This document shows, piece after piece, positions 27,079-39,299 of a stretch of DNA of 64,000 nucleotides. The notes below the pieces were generated by a model that ran no database searches, was not told where the DNA came from, and worked only from the letters and a program-made list of their open reading frames with translations. Numbering within the stretch: the stretch's first letter is position 1; each line of letters begins with the position of its first letter. The stretch covers positions 40,061,424-40,125,423 of the forward strand of contig NC_081360.1 of the NCBI RefSeq assembly GCF_030684315.1, in the 5' to 3' direction. Both the position numbers and the translations under genes were made by a program. The stretch comes from Stegostoma tigrinum (lineage: Eukaryota).

Positions 27079-28066
27079 TGTTACTATTATTTGAGGACTT
27101 GGACTATAAGATGGAGGAGAAATGGATTTTAGTTTTTCAGTTCAGTGGAAATACTAGCCATTAATTAAGGTTAAAAAGCTATTTTAACTTGAATTCCTAA
27201 GAGCATTTTCAAAATGTTACATGATTTCAGCTAAGTGACCAGGAAGCCACCTGGGGAGATAATTATTAAGGTATTTGCTGACTTCAGTTTATGACCCAGA
27301 GAAAGAGAGAGAATGGGGCCAAAAAGCAGTTTAATTCAGAGAAAAGAAATCTATGACAGAAGAGGTGCTGTTGTTAGCAGTTTCCAATCAGGACTTGGGA
27401 AAGTAAGGTTAACAGTTTGTTTTAAGGTCCAAACAGAGAGACATTAGCTAAAGAAAGTAACATTGAGTGTTGCCTAAGAGAGCTTTGCTGAAAAGAAATA
27501 GATAATAGCTGTGCCAGCGGATCAGGAAGATTAACAGTGAGAAAGGGTAGATCTTCCCTGAGGTTGAGGGCCGATAAGTGGGGTAGAAGGGATGAATCTT
27601 CCTCTTTGATGTTTGTCTTGAGATTATCACAGTAATTCTTGTTTCTTAACACAGTGCGAAGCGGGAAGAACACGGCAGGCCAGGCAGCATCAGAAAAGTA
27701 GGAAAGTTGACATTTTGGGCTGCGACCCTTCTTTAAAAGGGTCTTTGGAAGAAGGGTCCTGACCCGAAATGTCAACTTTCCTGCTCCTCTGAAGTTGCCT
27801 GGCCTGCTGTGTTCCTCCAGCTCCATACCGTGTTATCTATGACTCCAGCACCAGCTGTTCTTACTGTCTCTGAGTTCTTGTTTCTTTCTTTTGTGCAATA
27901 ATACTTCATGTTCCTTTGTTACAACTACATTAGCAACCTCTTGCGGATAAATTTAGTGACAGATCTCCATGGTAAGCAAAAGAAAAATAAAACTCATGGT
28001 CTGTTAAGTCAGGTTTCACTCTGGGATCTATCACATTCATTACTACCTGCAGCTGGAATAGTAACA
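27079..28066. mobile_element. Candidate solo LTR carrying an internal pLTR fold-back insertion
   Basis: Perfect 10-bp terminal inverted repeat TGTTACTATT...AATAGTAACA; no TSD seen. Confidence 0.5.
27648..27874. mobile_element. Older fold-back Penelope pLTR insertion, 12-bp TSD
   Basis: TSD TTCTTGTTTCTT at 27636-27647 and 27875-27886; inverted arms; degenerate GAAGAAGGGTCCTGACCCGAAATGTC core. Confidence 0.78.
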
Positions 28067-29149
28067 GTTGCTATATCTTTGTATGCAGGTTCAAATTAAC
28101 CTGATTTCAGGTCATTTTTGAACAGCAACAAAAATTCATATCCTAGAAAGATATCCACATTTATTACAACATTGTGTTTTATTTTGTCATTATCAAAAAT
28201 TGTAGTTAAAAACCAAAGTGCGGTGATAAAGGATGCTATAGAAAGTTGAACTGAGCAAAACGCTCCTTGCTAATGGCTTAGTGATGTTATCCAGTAAGTA
28301 CCTGAGTCATGTCAACCGAAATAAGTCTTAAATTTGATCCCTATTGGTTCCCTAAACTAATTGATTTCAGCATTACAAGAGCCTTACTAACTCAGGTTTA
28401 AGGAGGGTAAGTACATCAGGTTGCTTTGTTTTTTATTGTTATCCAACAAATCCTCACTGAAAGTGTGCACATCTTGACGTAGTGGCCAGAGCATCAGGCT
28501 GTGGTATTTCAGATACTGCCAAGGCTTATACAGGCATAAATAATAGCACTCAGAGAAGATATTAGACAGTGATCAACATTAAATTGCATTAAACAATTAT
28601 TTAAAATCTTTGAAAAAGGAAGAAATGGAAAGAAAATGGAGCAAATAGTAGACCTGGTGGTGAAATGAAATAAAGCCAAAAGTAATGACTAATTAGCGCA
28701 AGGCTTAGATTTTAAATGCTATAAATTGTAGAATGAAGACAACATCAGTAGCTCAGTAAAAATAGCCTGGCCACTGACCTTCAATGCTGTAGGTAAACCT
28801 CTTGATTACACTGTCCCATCATTTTAAATGGGCACCAGGGCAGTACTGGTGATTTACAATCCTATCAGGCTATTTATTAAGTATGGCAGCTAAAAAGAGC
28901 ATTACTGTGTGTAAAGGATGGCTACATTCCATAATCATCTACTCATGCTGCGCATGTAGACAGGGCAAGGCAATCAAACCATCAAGCCTAGGATAATCCC
29001 ACGTAAATATGATTTCAGTATGTTCTTTTTGTGATTCACAGTGTTTTTATTCTTTTTTAAACTTCACGAGACATTTTATGACAATTTAGAAGGCAAAAGG
29101 CAGATACTTTGAATGATTACAAGCAAAGGAAAATTACAGCAATTAAATG

Positions 29150-30960
29150 GAAACATACAGAAGACAGGAGCAAGTTTTGACCATTCAAGCCTGCTCCACT
29201 ATTCAATATGATCATGGCTGAGCTCAATACCCTAATCCTGCTCACCATCTCATATTATTTGATTCATTCTTAAAGCAAATAATATCTGGCCTCAACCACT
29301 TTCTACGACTGTACAGGCTCACCATTCTCTGGGTGAAGGCATTTCTCCTCGTCTCAGTCTTAAAAGCTTTACCGCTTATCCTTCAACTATGACCCCGGTT
29401 CTAGAATCTCCGCCATCGGCAATATCCTTCCTGCATTTAACCTGTCTAACCCTGTCAGAATTTTATAAGTTTCTATGAGATCCCGCCTACCCCACTCCCT
29501 TTCTTCAAAACTCCAGCGAATACCAACTTAACTAACGCAATCTCTCCTCATACATTAGTCCTGATTAGTAATTAGAGATTAGTGAGCAAATTAGGGCACA
29601 TGGTATTGGGGGCAAAATACTGAGTTGGATTGAAAATTGGCTGGCTGACAGGAAGCAAAGTGTAGTGATAAACGGGTCCCTTTCGGAATGGCAGGCAGTG
29701 ACCAGTGGGGTACCACAAGGTTCGGTGCTGGGACTGCAGCTGTTTACAATATATATTAATGATATAGACGAAGGCATTAAAAGTAATATTAGCAAATTTG
29801 CTGATGACACAAAGCTGGCTGGCAGTGTGAAATGTGGGGAGGATGTTATGAGAATACAGGGTGATTTGGACAGTCTAGGTATGTGGACAGATGCACGGCA
29901 GATGCAGTTTAATGTGGATAAATGTGAGGTTATCCACTTTGGTGGCAAGAACAGGAAGGCATATTGCTATCTCAATGGAGTCAAGTCAGGTAAAGGGGAA
30001 GTACAATGAGATCTAGGTGTTCTTGTACATCAGTGAAGAAAGCTAATGGCATGCTGGCCTTCATAACAAGAGGAATTGAGTATAGGAGCAAAGAGGTCCT
30101 TCTGCAGCTGTAAGGGCCCTGGTGAGACCACACCTGGAATATTGTGTGCAGTTTTGGTCTCCAAATTTGAGGAAGGACATTCTGGCTATTGAGGGAGTGC
30201 AGCATAGGTTCAAGAGGTCAATTCCCAGAATGGCGGGACTATCATATGTTGAAAGATTGGAGCGACTGGGCTTGTACACACTTGAGTTTAGAAGGATAAG
30301 AGGGGATCTGATTGAGACGTATAAGATCATTAAGGAATTGGAGACTCTGGAGGCAGGGAGCATGTTTCTGTTGATGGGTGAGTCTAGAACCAGAGGACAC
30401 AGTTTAAAAATAAGGGGTAGGCCATTTAGAACGGAGTTGAGGAAAAACTTCTTCACCCAGAGAGTGGTGGATATATGGAATGCTCTGCCCCAGGAGGCAG
30501 TGGAGATCAAGTCTCTGGATACTTTCAAGAAAGAGATGGATAGAGCTCTTACAGATAGTGGAATCAAGCGTTATGGGGATAAGGCAGGAACAGGATACTG
30601 ATTGTGGATGAACAGCCATGATCATAATGAATGGTGGTGCTGGCTCGAAGGGCCGAATGGCCTACTCCAGCACCTATTGTCTATTGTCTTGTCATCCCAG
30701 GAATCAATCTGGTGAGCCTTCAATGCATGCATTAGCAAGAACATCAATCTTCGGATAAAGTGACCAAAATTGCATACCAATTCGAAGTGTGGCCTCACCA
30801 GTGTCTTGTATAATTTCAACAAGACATCTTGAAACTGTGCTCAGTTCCTCTCTCTGTGAAGGCCGACAGACAGTTTGCCTTCTCCACCGCCTTCTACTCC
30901 TGCATGTTTATTTTCAGTGACTGGTACACAATGCCATCCAGGTCTCATTGAATATTCCCC
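29150..30960 (-). mobile_element. Older CR1 3' fragment split into about 29150-29563 and 30686-30960
   Basis: Peptide MLKLYKTLVRPH; sequence continues across the plus-strand CR1 insert. Confidence 0.75.
29564..30685 (+). mobile_element. 5'-truncated CR1, same subfamily as 22003-26273
   Basis: SGVPQGSVLG, SKFADDTKL, RPHLEYCVQFW; CTATTGT tail; imperfect TSD GTCCTG/GTCTTG. Confidence 0.93.
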
Positions 30961-31136
30961 TTGGTAGGTCTGTGCAGTTCGTCACACATCATCATGCAAC
31001 TCAGAACCTACACCCACTGTTATCTTAGAGGCTAGATATTGTTTTGTCAGCATCAGATGATGCTGTTACGTAGCACATTTAAAATAGATTTGCATAAATA
31101 TATTTCTTTTGTTCACTTGTGGGCCATGGGCATTAT

Positions 31137-31449
31137 CATAGAATCCCTACAGTGAGGAAACAGGCCTTTTGGCCCAACAAACCCACACTGACCTCAGAGA
31201 ATCCCACCCAGACACCTCCCCCATAACTCACCTGATCTACACATCCCTGAACACTACAGGAAATTCTGCACGGCCAATCCTAACCTGCACGTCTTTGGGC
31301 TGTGGGAGCAAACCGGAGAACCTGGAGGAAACCCACGCAGACACTGGGAGAATGTGCAAATTCCACACAGTCACCCAAGTGTGGGATAGAACCTGGGTCC
31401 GTGGCACTGTGAGGCAGCAGTGCTAACCACTGGCCCACTGTGCCACCCA
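31137..31449 (-). mobile_element. tRNA-derived SINE (HE1/V-SINE type)
   Basis: Reverse complement GGTGGCACAGTGGGCCAGTGGTTAGCACTGCTGCCTCACAG head and shared core. Confidence 0.88.
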
Positions 31450-32127
31450 GCATCAGATTATTAGCCAGGCCAGCTCTTCGCTGGCAGACAAGTATTGGAA
31501 GGGCCATATTTTTAATACATCTAATTTGGGGGGCTGGGGGTAGAGTGGACATTCTTCAGGTGTTCTGAGGGTATTGAAAGCATCCCTGTAAAGTGTTACC
31601 CCTCTTTTTACACCTCCCTGTTTGACCAGCAAACATACCCAATCCAACCAACTAAATATACCTTCCCTCCCGGCTCCCCAGTAACACTGCTCCCATGCTT
31701 TCCTGGTTCTGAGCTCCATCATCAATTTTTATGAGCCCCCTCCAAGGAGATCCAAGAACTTTGTACTGGTACTGCTGCAATTGCTCGATCTGCCAGCCAA
31801 TCAGGTTGACTAGCAGTTCTTGAGGGCATGGCTTCATTCCACTAAGATGTGAAATCCAAACCTTACCTCCCTATGGCTGACAGGCAGTATGGTTCAATAT
31901 TGGACTTTTCAGGGCTGACATTTTTTCTGGTGTTGTGAAGAGGAGGTGCTTTGGAGTTAAGGGTGAGCTGTACTCCACCTCACTGCAAAATTCTGCAGAT
32001 GGAATTCTCTGTGATTTGCTACCATAAACGTTTGTTAAAAATGCTCATGAAAGAATCCTACAATAGCTGAAGTCTACATGAATTTATTGGAAACTCTACA
32101 TGTGAGTTCAAAATGGCTGGAAGCAAA

Positions 32128-32431
32128 ATAGACAATAGACAATAGACAATAGGTGCTGGAGTAGGCCATTAGGCCCTTCGAGCCAGCACCACCATTCATT
32201 ATGATCATGGCTGATCATCCACAATCAGTATCCTGTTCCTGCCTTATCCCCATAACCCTTGATTCCACTATCTGTAAGAGCTCTATCCATCTCTTTCTTG
32301 AAAGTATCCAGAGAGTTGGCCTCCACTGCCTTCTGAGGCAGAACATTCCATATATCCACCACTCTCTGGGTGAAGAAGTTTTTCCTCAACTCCGTTCTAA
32401 ATGGCCTACCCCTTATTTTTAAACTGTGTCC
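32128..32431 (-). mobile_element. Short 3' fragment of the same CR1 subfamily as 22003-26273
   Basis: (ATAGACA)n tail; near identical to the reverse complement of 30396-30685. Confidence 0.9.
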
Positions 32432-33292
32432 AAAATGGATTCATTAAGTTGGTGTGGGAGAGCAATACTGGATAAATTGCTGGGTTCCTTTTGTTGCTGA
32501 TAGTTATCAGTGACTTACATTCAATAATCAATTTTAATTGATGATGTTTGCAGGTGATAAGCAATGATTTAGAGGAAAAAGATTTAGACCGATAAAAGCT
32601 ATAAAGGGACAGAATAGGGTAAGTGAAATAAAATACATCATGCTCACAGTAATATATTTGAAGAACATGCATAGTTATCAAATGCATGTAGAATCTATTT
32701 GACGTTTCTTGGCGATGCACATGCAGTCAACTTGAATTTTCAGGTAGAGCAAAATTTGAGTGAGAATGGATTAATTTGACCAAGGCAACAAAGAATAAAT
32801 AAGAAATGAACAGCAAGGTTAAAGACAGTGTTGATATGGCAGCTAAGAAAATGTGGAAAGGAAGGTAGAAGAAGAGATATGGAGGGAGACAGGAAGCGGG
32901 ATGGATGGGCACATCAGTTAAGGAGGAGGGAGTGTAGGTAACTATATCCATGTGTGAGAATGAGATAATTAACTACCTTGAAAGAAATCAAAATTTAGGT
33001 CAGTGGCGTTGAGATGGATGTGGAATGAACGAGTGAGGGGAATATAATGGAGGCATCAGTGAGGGAAGGTTTAAAAATATACTTCAAAAGAGGCAAAGGT
33101 TTGTTTGCCTGTGGTAGACTAAGCATATGGTTTAGATCATAAAGCAGGGTTCAATGCTTTAAATGGGAGTAACTCTTCATTAACAGATAGTAAGTCAATC
33201 AAAGCAGGTGACAGCAAGGTTGGTGCAAAGAACAGTCCCAAGTCTGCATCAGCCAGAATGGGAGTGCAAGCCATTATTCTGAATCATATTCT

Positions 33293-33720
33293 AGCTTTGG
33301 GCCCAGGAGGTAGTATGACTACAAAGGTGAAATTAAAGGAATTGAAGGAAGGGCACCATCAGGAGTAGGCCCTGCGTCTTAATTTGACTCAACATGGGGA
33401 ACTCATCCAGCCTGGGGACAAAAAGGATTAATAACTTTCAATTCTATTCGAGACAATGCGTGGCTGTTCTTAGTTAGTGGAATTATTTGTCTGGTTAATT
33501 CCAATAATAAATGAGATTTCTCTGGGCTAAATAGTCATGCAAACTCCAAGTCGTACACATCTGAATTCACGGATGGTCAAGTGACATGAAGCCACTCAAA
33601 AGTGAGCCTTTGGATGATCAGAGCTGCGTGTCTGCTACACTGAATGGATCAGCATGTGTCCATTCTGCAGTGCCAGCTATGAGTAACTTGCTAAATGCCA
33701 ATTGTGACAATTGCAATTGT
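33293..33720 (+). pseudogene. Decayed 18S rRNA fragment (3' half)
   Basis: SSU motifs in order: AAATTAAAGGAATTGAAGGAAGGGCACCATCAGGAGT, TTAATTTGACTCAACA, GGCTGTTCTTAGTTAGTGG, ATTTGTCTGGTTAATTCC, GCTACACTGA. Confidence 0.85.
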
Positions 33721-35539
33721 ATGTATGAGCAAATCAGCCCTCATTACAGCTAATTTCTAATCTAATGAGGCTGTAGATGCAATTACCATTAGAAAGTCCA
33801 TAAAAATTGTGAAAGTTGCAACAATGCATAGTGCAGAAATTGATAAGAGTAAATTGGAACAGATTGGGAATCAAAATAAATCCTGTGCATAACATATAAA
33901 GTTACTACAGGGCTGCAATAAATCAAGAAAATAGACTATTAATAAGACAATTTGTAAACTATAAGTGGAAGCACAATATGCGCAAAATATACAGAAGTCT
34001 GGTGAAACTTAGCTTTAATCTTATGTGCCATTTTCGATACTGCAATCTAATGGACACATTGAGATGAATCCAGAGCATCAGAAATTGAGTTAAGGGAAAA
34101 GGTTGCAGAAGCAAGGCAATTTTAATCCAGCAAGAAATAAATAAGAGAAGGCCCTACAGAAGTATACATGCTATTACATGATGCAGAAGTAAAGTTTGAG
34201 CAGAAACTTAAGACAAGCGAAGACAATAAAACAATGGTCAAAACATAAACACGAATGTCAAAAAAGTTCTTCATACCATATCGGGATTTGAATAGTGAAT
34301 ATAAAGACATTGGGTTTCTTCTGGGTGTGATTTGAATACATGAGCTGAACTCCAGCCCTCTTCCCTCATCTTGAGTTACCTTGTGACTCTGTAAATTAAG
34401 CGCTTTTCTTTCTGGCACATGCCTTTGCCCTGCACACAATCACCTGTTGGGAAGCTTCTGATGTAATATAGATAAAAGGCCAGGTAGAAACCCAAGAGAA
34501 ATGCTGTGAATAGCTAAAAATGTCAACTTACAATTTTTTCCAGAGCTTCTACCCATGTCGGATTGAAGAGGATTGACATAACTCTGCAGATATTCTATTC
34601 CGTTTTTTGTAGGATTGGGCCCTTAGAATGTCAAGGACAGGCATCATAGAAATTGAATCACCTCTGATTAGAAGCACACATTCCAGGTACCACCCCATAT
34701 AAAAAATGTGCCCTCTTCTAGTTAGGTAAACACTTCAAATTTGTCAAGTCCTTTGATAATCTGTTATGTATTAGTTCGAGTAAGGAAATCTAGTTCTTTG
34801 AATTTTACCAATGCAATAGTATCTATTTATACATTTGACTTTTTAATTTAATTAAAAAATACATACTCTGAGGAATGTACAACAGTGTGAGTATTAATAA
34901 TGTACTACTTTGAAGTCACTAAATTTAAAGCATGGTTGGACAGCAATATGGCACTAATTTTACTTTTACTGATGAGAATGTGTTAATCATTCATTTAAAA
35001 GTGTCAGTTTTTCACTTCATTATTTACAGAAATACATGATTCTAACTAGTACAAATTGTATTTTGTGAATTATTCAAATCAGTATAGGCTGTCCTACAAC
35101 CACTGCTGTTGCTTCTCATAAACTTGTACTCCAGATTTAGCAAATGTAAATTAGTTATGGACAGTGCAATTTCCAAAAGACTTCTATGCCATTACATTAC
35201 TTCATACATGCTATTTTTAAACCATATAACAGCTTAATCATAATTGACAAGGAAAAACAGTTTTAGCTCTGGTTGATTCTAACAACAGCTAATTTCAATC
35301 AGACTGGCTGGATGGTGGGATGGAAAAATGCTAGAAAACCAATCAGGCTTTACCCTCAATGTGAGTTGTATATAAATCCAAAGCAGAAATGGGCCTCGCT
35401 AACATGGCATAACATTTTGATTATCAAGGTGCTGTCTAAATATCCAATTAGTATCAAATGAAAAAGGCTATGAAAAGTTGGATCCTACACACTGGTATTT
35501 GTAGTACTGATCAGGTAAACCAGGCATCTTCAAAAATAT

Positions 35540-35737
35540 AATAAAATGTGAGGCTGGATGAACACAGCAGGCCAAGCAGCATCTCAGGAGCACAAAAGCT
35601 GACGTTTCGGGCCTAGACCCGAAGGGTCCCGAAGCTTTTGTGCTCCTGAGATGCTGCTTGGCCTGCTGTGTTCATCCAGTCTCACATTTTATTATCTTGG
35701 AATTCTCCAGCATCTGCAGTTCCCATTATCTCTGATA
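35540..35737. mobile_element. Fold-back Penelope pLTR insertion, 15-bp TSD
   Basis: TSD CATCTTCAAAAATAT at 35525-35539 and 35738-35752; near-perfect inverted arms of about 60 bp. Confidence 0.88.
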
Positions 35738-36426
35738 CATCTTCAAAAATATGTAGTTTTGTCCTACAAATCATCTCATTCAATACTTTTCTTCATTATT
35801 ACTGGTAGGCGTGATCATTTGAAGAATTCTTTTTTCAAAATGGTAAACAAGAATATTCATTGCTGCATTTTGAACATGCTGGATGCTTCAACTGAATGAA
35901 AATAAATTTAGTGTTGTGTGTGGGTTCCTTCAAGCTGACAGTGAGGCAATATGGATTAGAATAGCTACCTTTCAAAGTATTGTTGAGCAAACAGTTTGAC
36001 GTTTACTGCACTACTGCAACAATTTACAGTTTACATGAAAATGATCTATGTTATTGCAGACATAGTGAGAGACTCATTACCCCCCGGTCTGTGTCCTCTC
36101 AATTCCTTTTTCATTCTGATCATGCCCCTGTGTCTTCACCACAGTGCACTCAATCAAGTATTAACCATTTCAAACATCTCTCTTCAAGTTATTATTTTTC
36201 TTGTAATTATTATTTTGTTATACATTTATTACAATCTCATTTCACCCCCAAGTCTGTCACTATACAAATTCAGATTGTCTGGAGGCTTCGCTATTTTCTC
36301 CTAAACTGTCACCTTTGGAATTGGAAGAATTATGGTTTGTTGGATAGAATGTCGAACACTTGGGCTGTCTTCCTGATGGACTGAGGTCTGGAGTTCTCCC
36401 GTGAACTGGAGGGACTTTAATCTCAT

Positions 36427-36545
36427 AGAGATAATGGGAACTGCAGATGCTGGAGATTCCAAGATAATAAAATGTGAGGCTGGATGAACACAGCAGGCCA
36501 AGCAGCATCTCAGGAGCACAAAAGCTGACATTTCGGGCCTAGACC
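36427..36545 (-). mobile_element. Single-arm Penelope pLTR fragment
   Basis: AGAGATAATGGGAACTGCAGATGCTGGAG...TTTCGGGCCTAGACC, nearly identical to arms at 15497 and 48415. Confidence 0.85.
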
Positions 36546-37649
36546 TGTTTATGTAGTTGCAAGAATTATTTTTCATGGTAGTGCAAAGATCCAAGAAACT
36601 TTCTTCTTAGTGGTGTTTTTGGTAAGGTTGTATGTGCCATATTTTCAACTGGAGTCAGGAGAATGCTTTTCTCATTCTATATATAGCTTTATGTAGAAGT
36701 AGGCAAACTTCTTACTTTGACTTCTTAAGCATTTTGAGCTTTCTCCTTTCCTATCAGTGAATGAATTATTAGTGACATCAGCTTATCAATTCCTCAATTT
36801 TGTTACCTGGAGCTTCACTCTTGCTTGATGAGATATGTTGGTGATTCTTCTTTGATAAGTCAGGGAGGTTGCACATTTCCTTGATCTTGCACCTTCAGCA
36901 AGACAAAGAGCATACTTGAATGTGGAGTATATAGTCCTTCACTGAACTGTATAACACTCCAAGTCTTCAATTGCAGAAAGTTACATTCTCTTTCTGTTAC
37001 GTTACATCCTCTCAAGTGATGCAGATGGTTCAGTTGTTTCACTTTTGCTTGCACTTTATCCTGACCTTTCTTCTCACTTGGCATCTCCACTCTGTTCAAG
37101 TTTAATGTGTGTAGAAAGCATTGCAGCCAAATCACTATAGTTACAGCTTTCCATTACATATATGCTGCGAAGTAATGTTTTTATTCCTTCATAATTAACC
37201 TCAGAAGATTCAGTATTTTTTTTTGTCTATGTTCTGCCATGCAATCTCAGAGTCCAGTAAAATTTCAATCAGTGGTTCCTTGACCTTGTGCAGTTTAACC
37301 TCTCCCAACTTTCAAATCATTTTGAGGCCAAAATATGCCCTTCTCTTCAGGGGAGGCAATTCTTGACTTTGAAGTATATTTTTTTTCTAGCATTCAATTA
37401 ATTTTATTGCAATGACACAAAGATAGACAGTGAATCAAATCAGCCTTCATGTCTCTGTATTCACAACAGTAAAAATTATAACCCTCAAATTTAACTTCAA
37501 TGTTTCTTACACAGACATTTCGTGATTACCCAGTGCCAAACTCTGTGAATAATCAAATCAACATCAGATTGTAGCTTAAACAATAAACTCAATAGTTTAT
37601 TAACAACACAGTAACTTCAGCACAGCAAAATTAAACAACATTTTTTTTT

Positions 37650-38000
37650 AATATTCGCACATGGGCTGTGGGTTATCACTGGCTGGCCAGCATTTATTGT
37701 CCATCCCTCGCTTCCCTTGAACTAGATGGTTTGCTGGGTCATTTCAGAGGAATGTTGAAATTCAGTCACATTGCTCTGGGTCTGAAGTCACATGTAGACC
37801 CAACCAGGTGAGGATGACAGATTTCCTTCCCTAAAGATACCAGCAATAGTTTTATTCCCATGAGTAGATGTTAAATTCCAGCTTTTTAAAAAAAATTTGC
37901 ACTCAAATTCCACTATCTGTCATGGTGGGATTCAAACCCTGGTTCCCATAACATTAGATCAGTTTCTGAATTAGTAATCTGGTGATACCACTAGGCCATC
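37650..38000 (-). mobile_element. SINE of the second family
   Basis: Similar to 13765-14110 (GCTGGCCAGCATTTATTG...AGATTTCCTTCCCTAAAG...GGGATTCAAACCC). Confidence 0.65.
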
Positions 38001-39299
38001 ACATTCCTATGATTTAATCGTTTAAATCCAATAACTTGAGTTTTCATCACTATTCACACAAAAGGCAGTCAGACAGACAAACAGGCACAGTTAAGGGTTA
38101 AATTTAAGATAAAGAAAATAACAAAAGCAGTGGGATTATTTAAGCAGCTTTCATGACATGTTGTTCCACTGGCAAAAATTTTGTTTCTTCATTGATTTTC
38201 TGAAGATGTTGATCAATTCCACCTCTGCTAATTCACTCTGAGGGATTCAATAATACTTATAACATGGTTTTTATTCTCTGATATTTTAATAGTTGATCAT
38301 GAGAGCTTAGGCAGGGAGCTAACAAATTTTCATGCTATAGCATCAATAGCCAAACTCCTCCTCTCAGAAAACCCCAGTTCAAAACAATTCAAAAACTCCA
38401 GCTCCTCCCTCTGTTTGGTCATCACATTCTCTTCTATATTTGGTGGCACCAATTCCCAGGTGCTCACCTTGTTAATGGCCAACATCTGCTATTTGGTTGA
38501 ACACAATGCTTTTTCTGCAGTCATAGAGTCTAATGAAGTCTTTGATCAAGGACCAACTTGTAATTAACTGACAAGTCTGGTGTCACAAACAAACAACACC
38601 TTGATTTTTCATTCTTTTTAAAAAATATGAGCTGTTGCCCATAGTCCAAATTAACAATCATCTTTAGATCACGGTTTACAGTTCCAAACCAAAAATTATC
38701 AAATAATGAAAAATCAGCAAGGGTTCTAAAACTATGTGGAAGAGTTTCTTGTATCATACCTTTAAAATTAAGTGCAGTTCTCCCCAGACAGTGTGACTAT
38801 AAACAGTGTTTTACCAACTGAGGTTCTCTATCTGATAACCTGACTTGGTCCACGTCAAATTTGAAATTCATGAGGTACCATTTGAAGTACATGTCTACAT
38901 GCCAAAATATTCTATGTCAACGATTTTCCATATATGTTTATCTTCTATTGGAAATTATTCCACCTCATGTATCTCTTTCCTGTGCTTTTCTGTCCTTTGC
39001 TTTTCTCCCCTTTGCTTTTCCCTGGCTGATTTGACACATTTTCTGAATATGACCTATTTACTTACTAAAAAAAAGGTTTGAAAGCTGACCACAGTTTCTG
39101 TCTTTGAGAAATGCCTGAAATTTGCCTTAACACCTGCAATGATCCTTTTCAGGGTTTTTCTCATTTTAAGGAGTAGGGGTGTATGTGGTGGGAAAGCCAT
39201 GGAGATGGAGACAATTCACTGCTGAAGGCAGAGTTCTATCCTTTTATGAAACCTTCTGACCAGGACTCAAAATAGCTATCACAGCATTCAATTAAGAAG

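Noticed and set aside
33293-33720. Functional rRNA gene
   Set aside because: Partial, with many substitutions in universally conserved positions and no surrounding rDNA unit
36860-37135. Lys/Gln-rich minus ORF as the next ZNF804A exon
   Set aside because: No match to the expected RLKELKQREFARNV sequence
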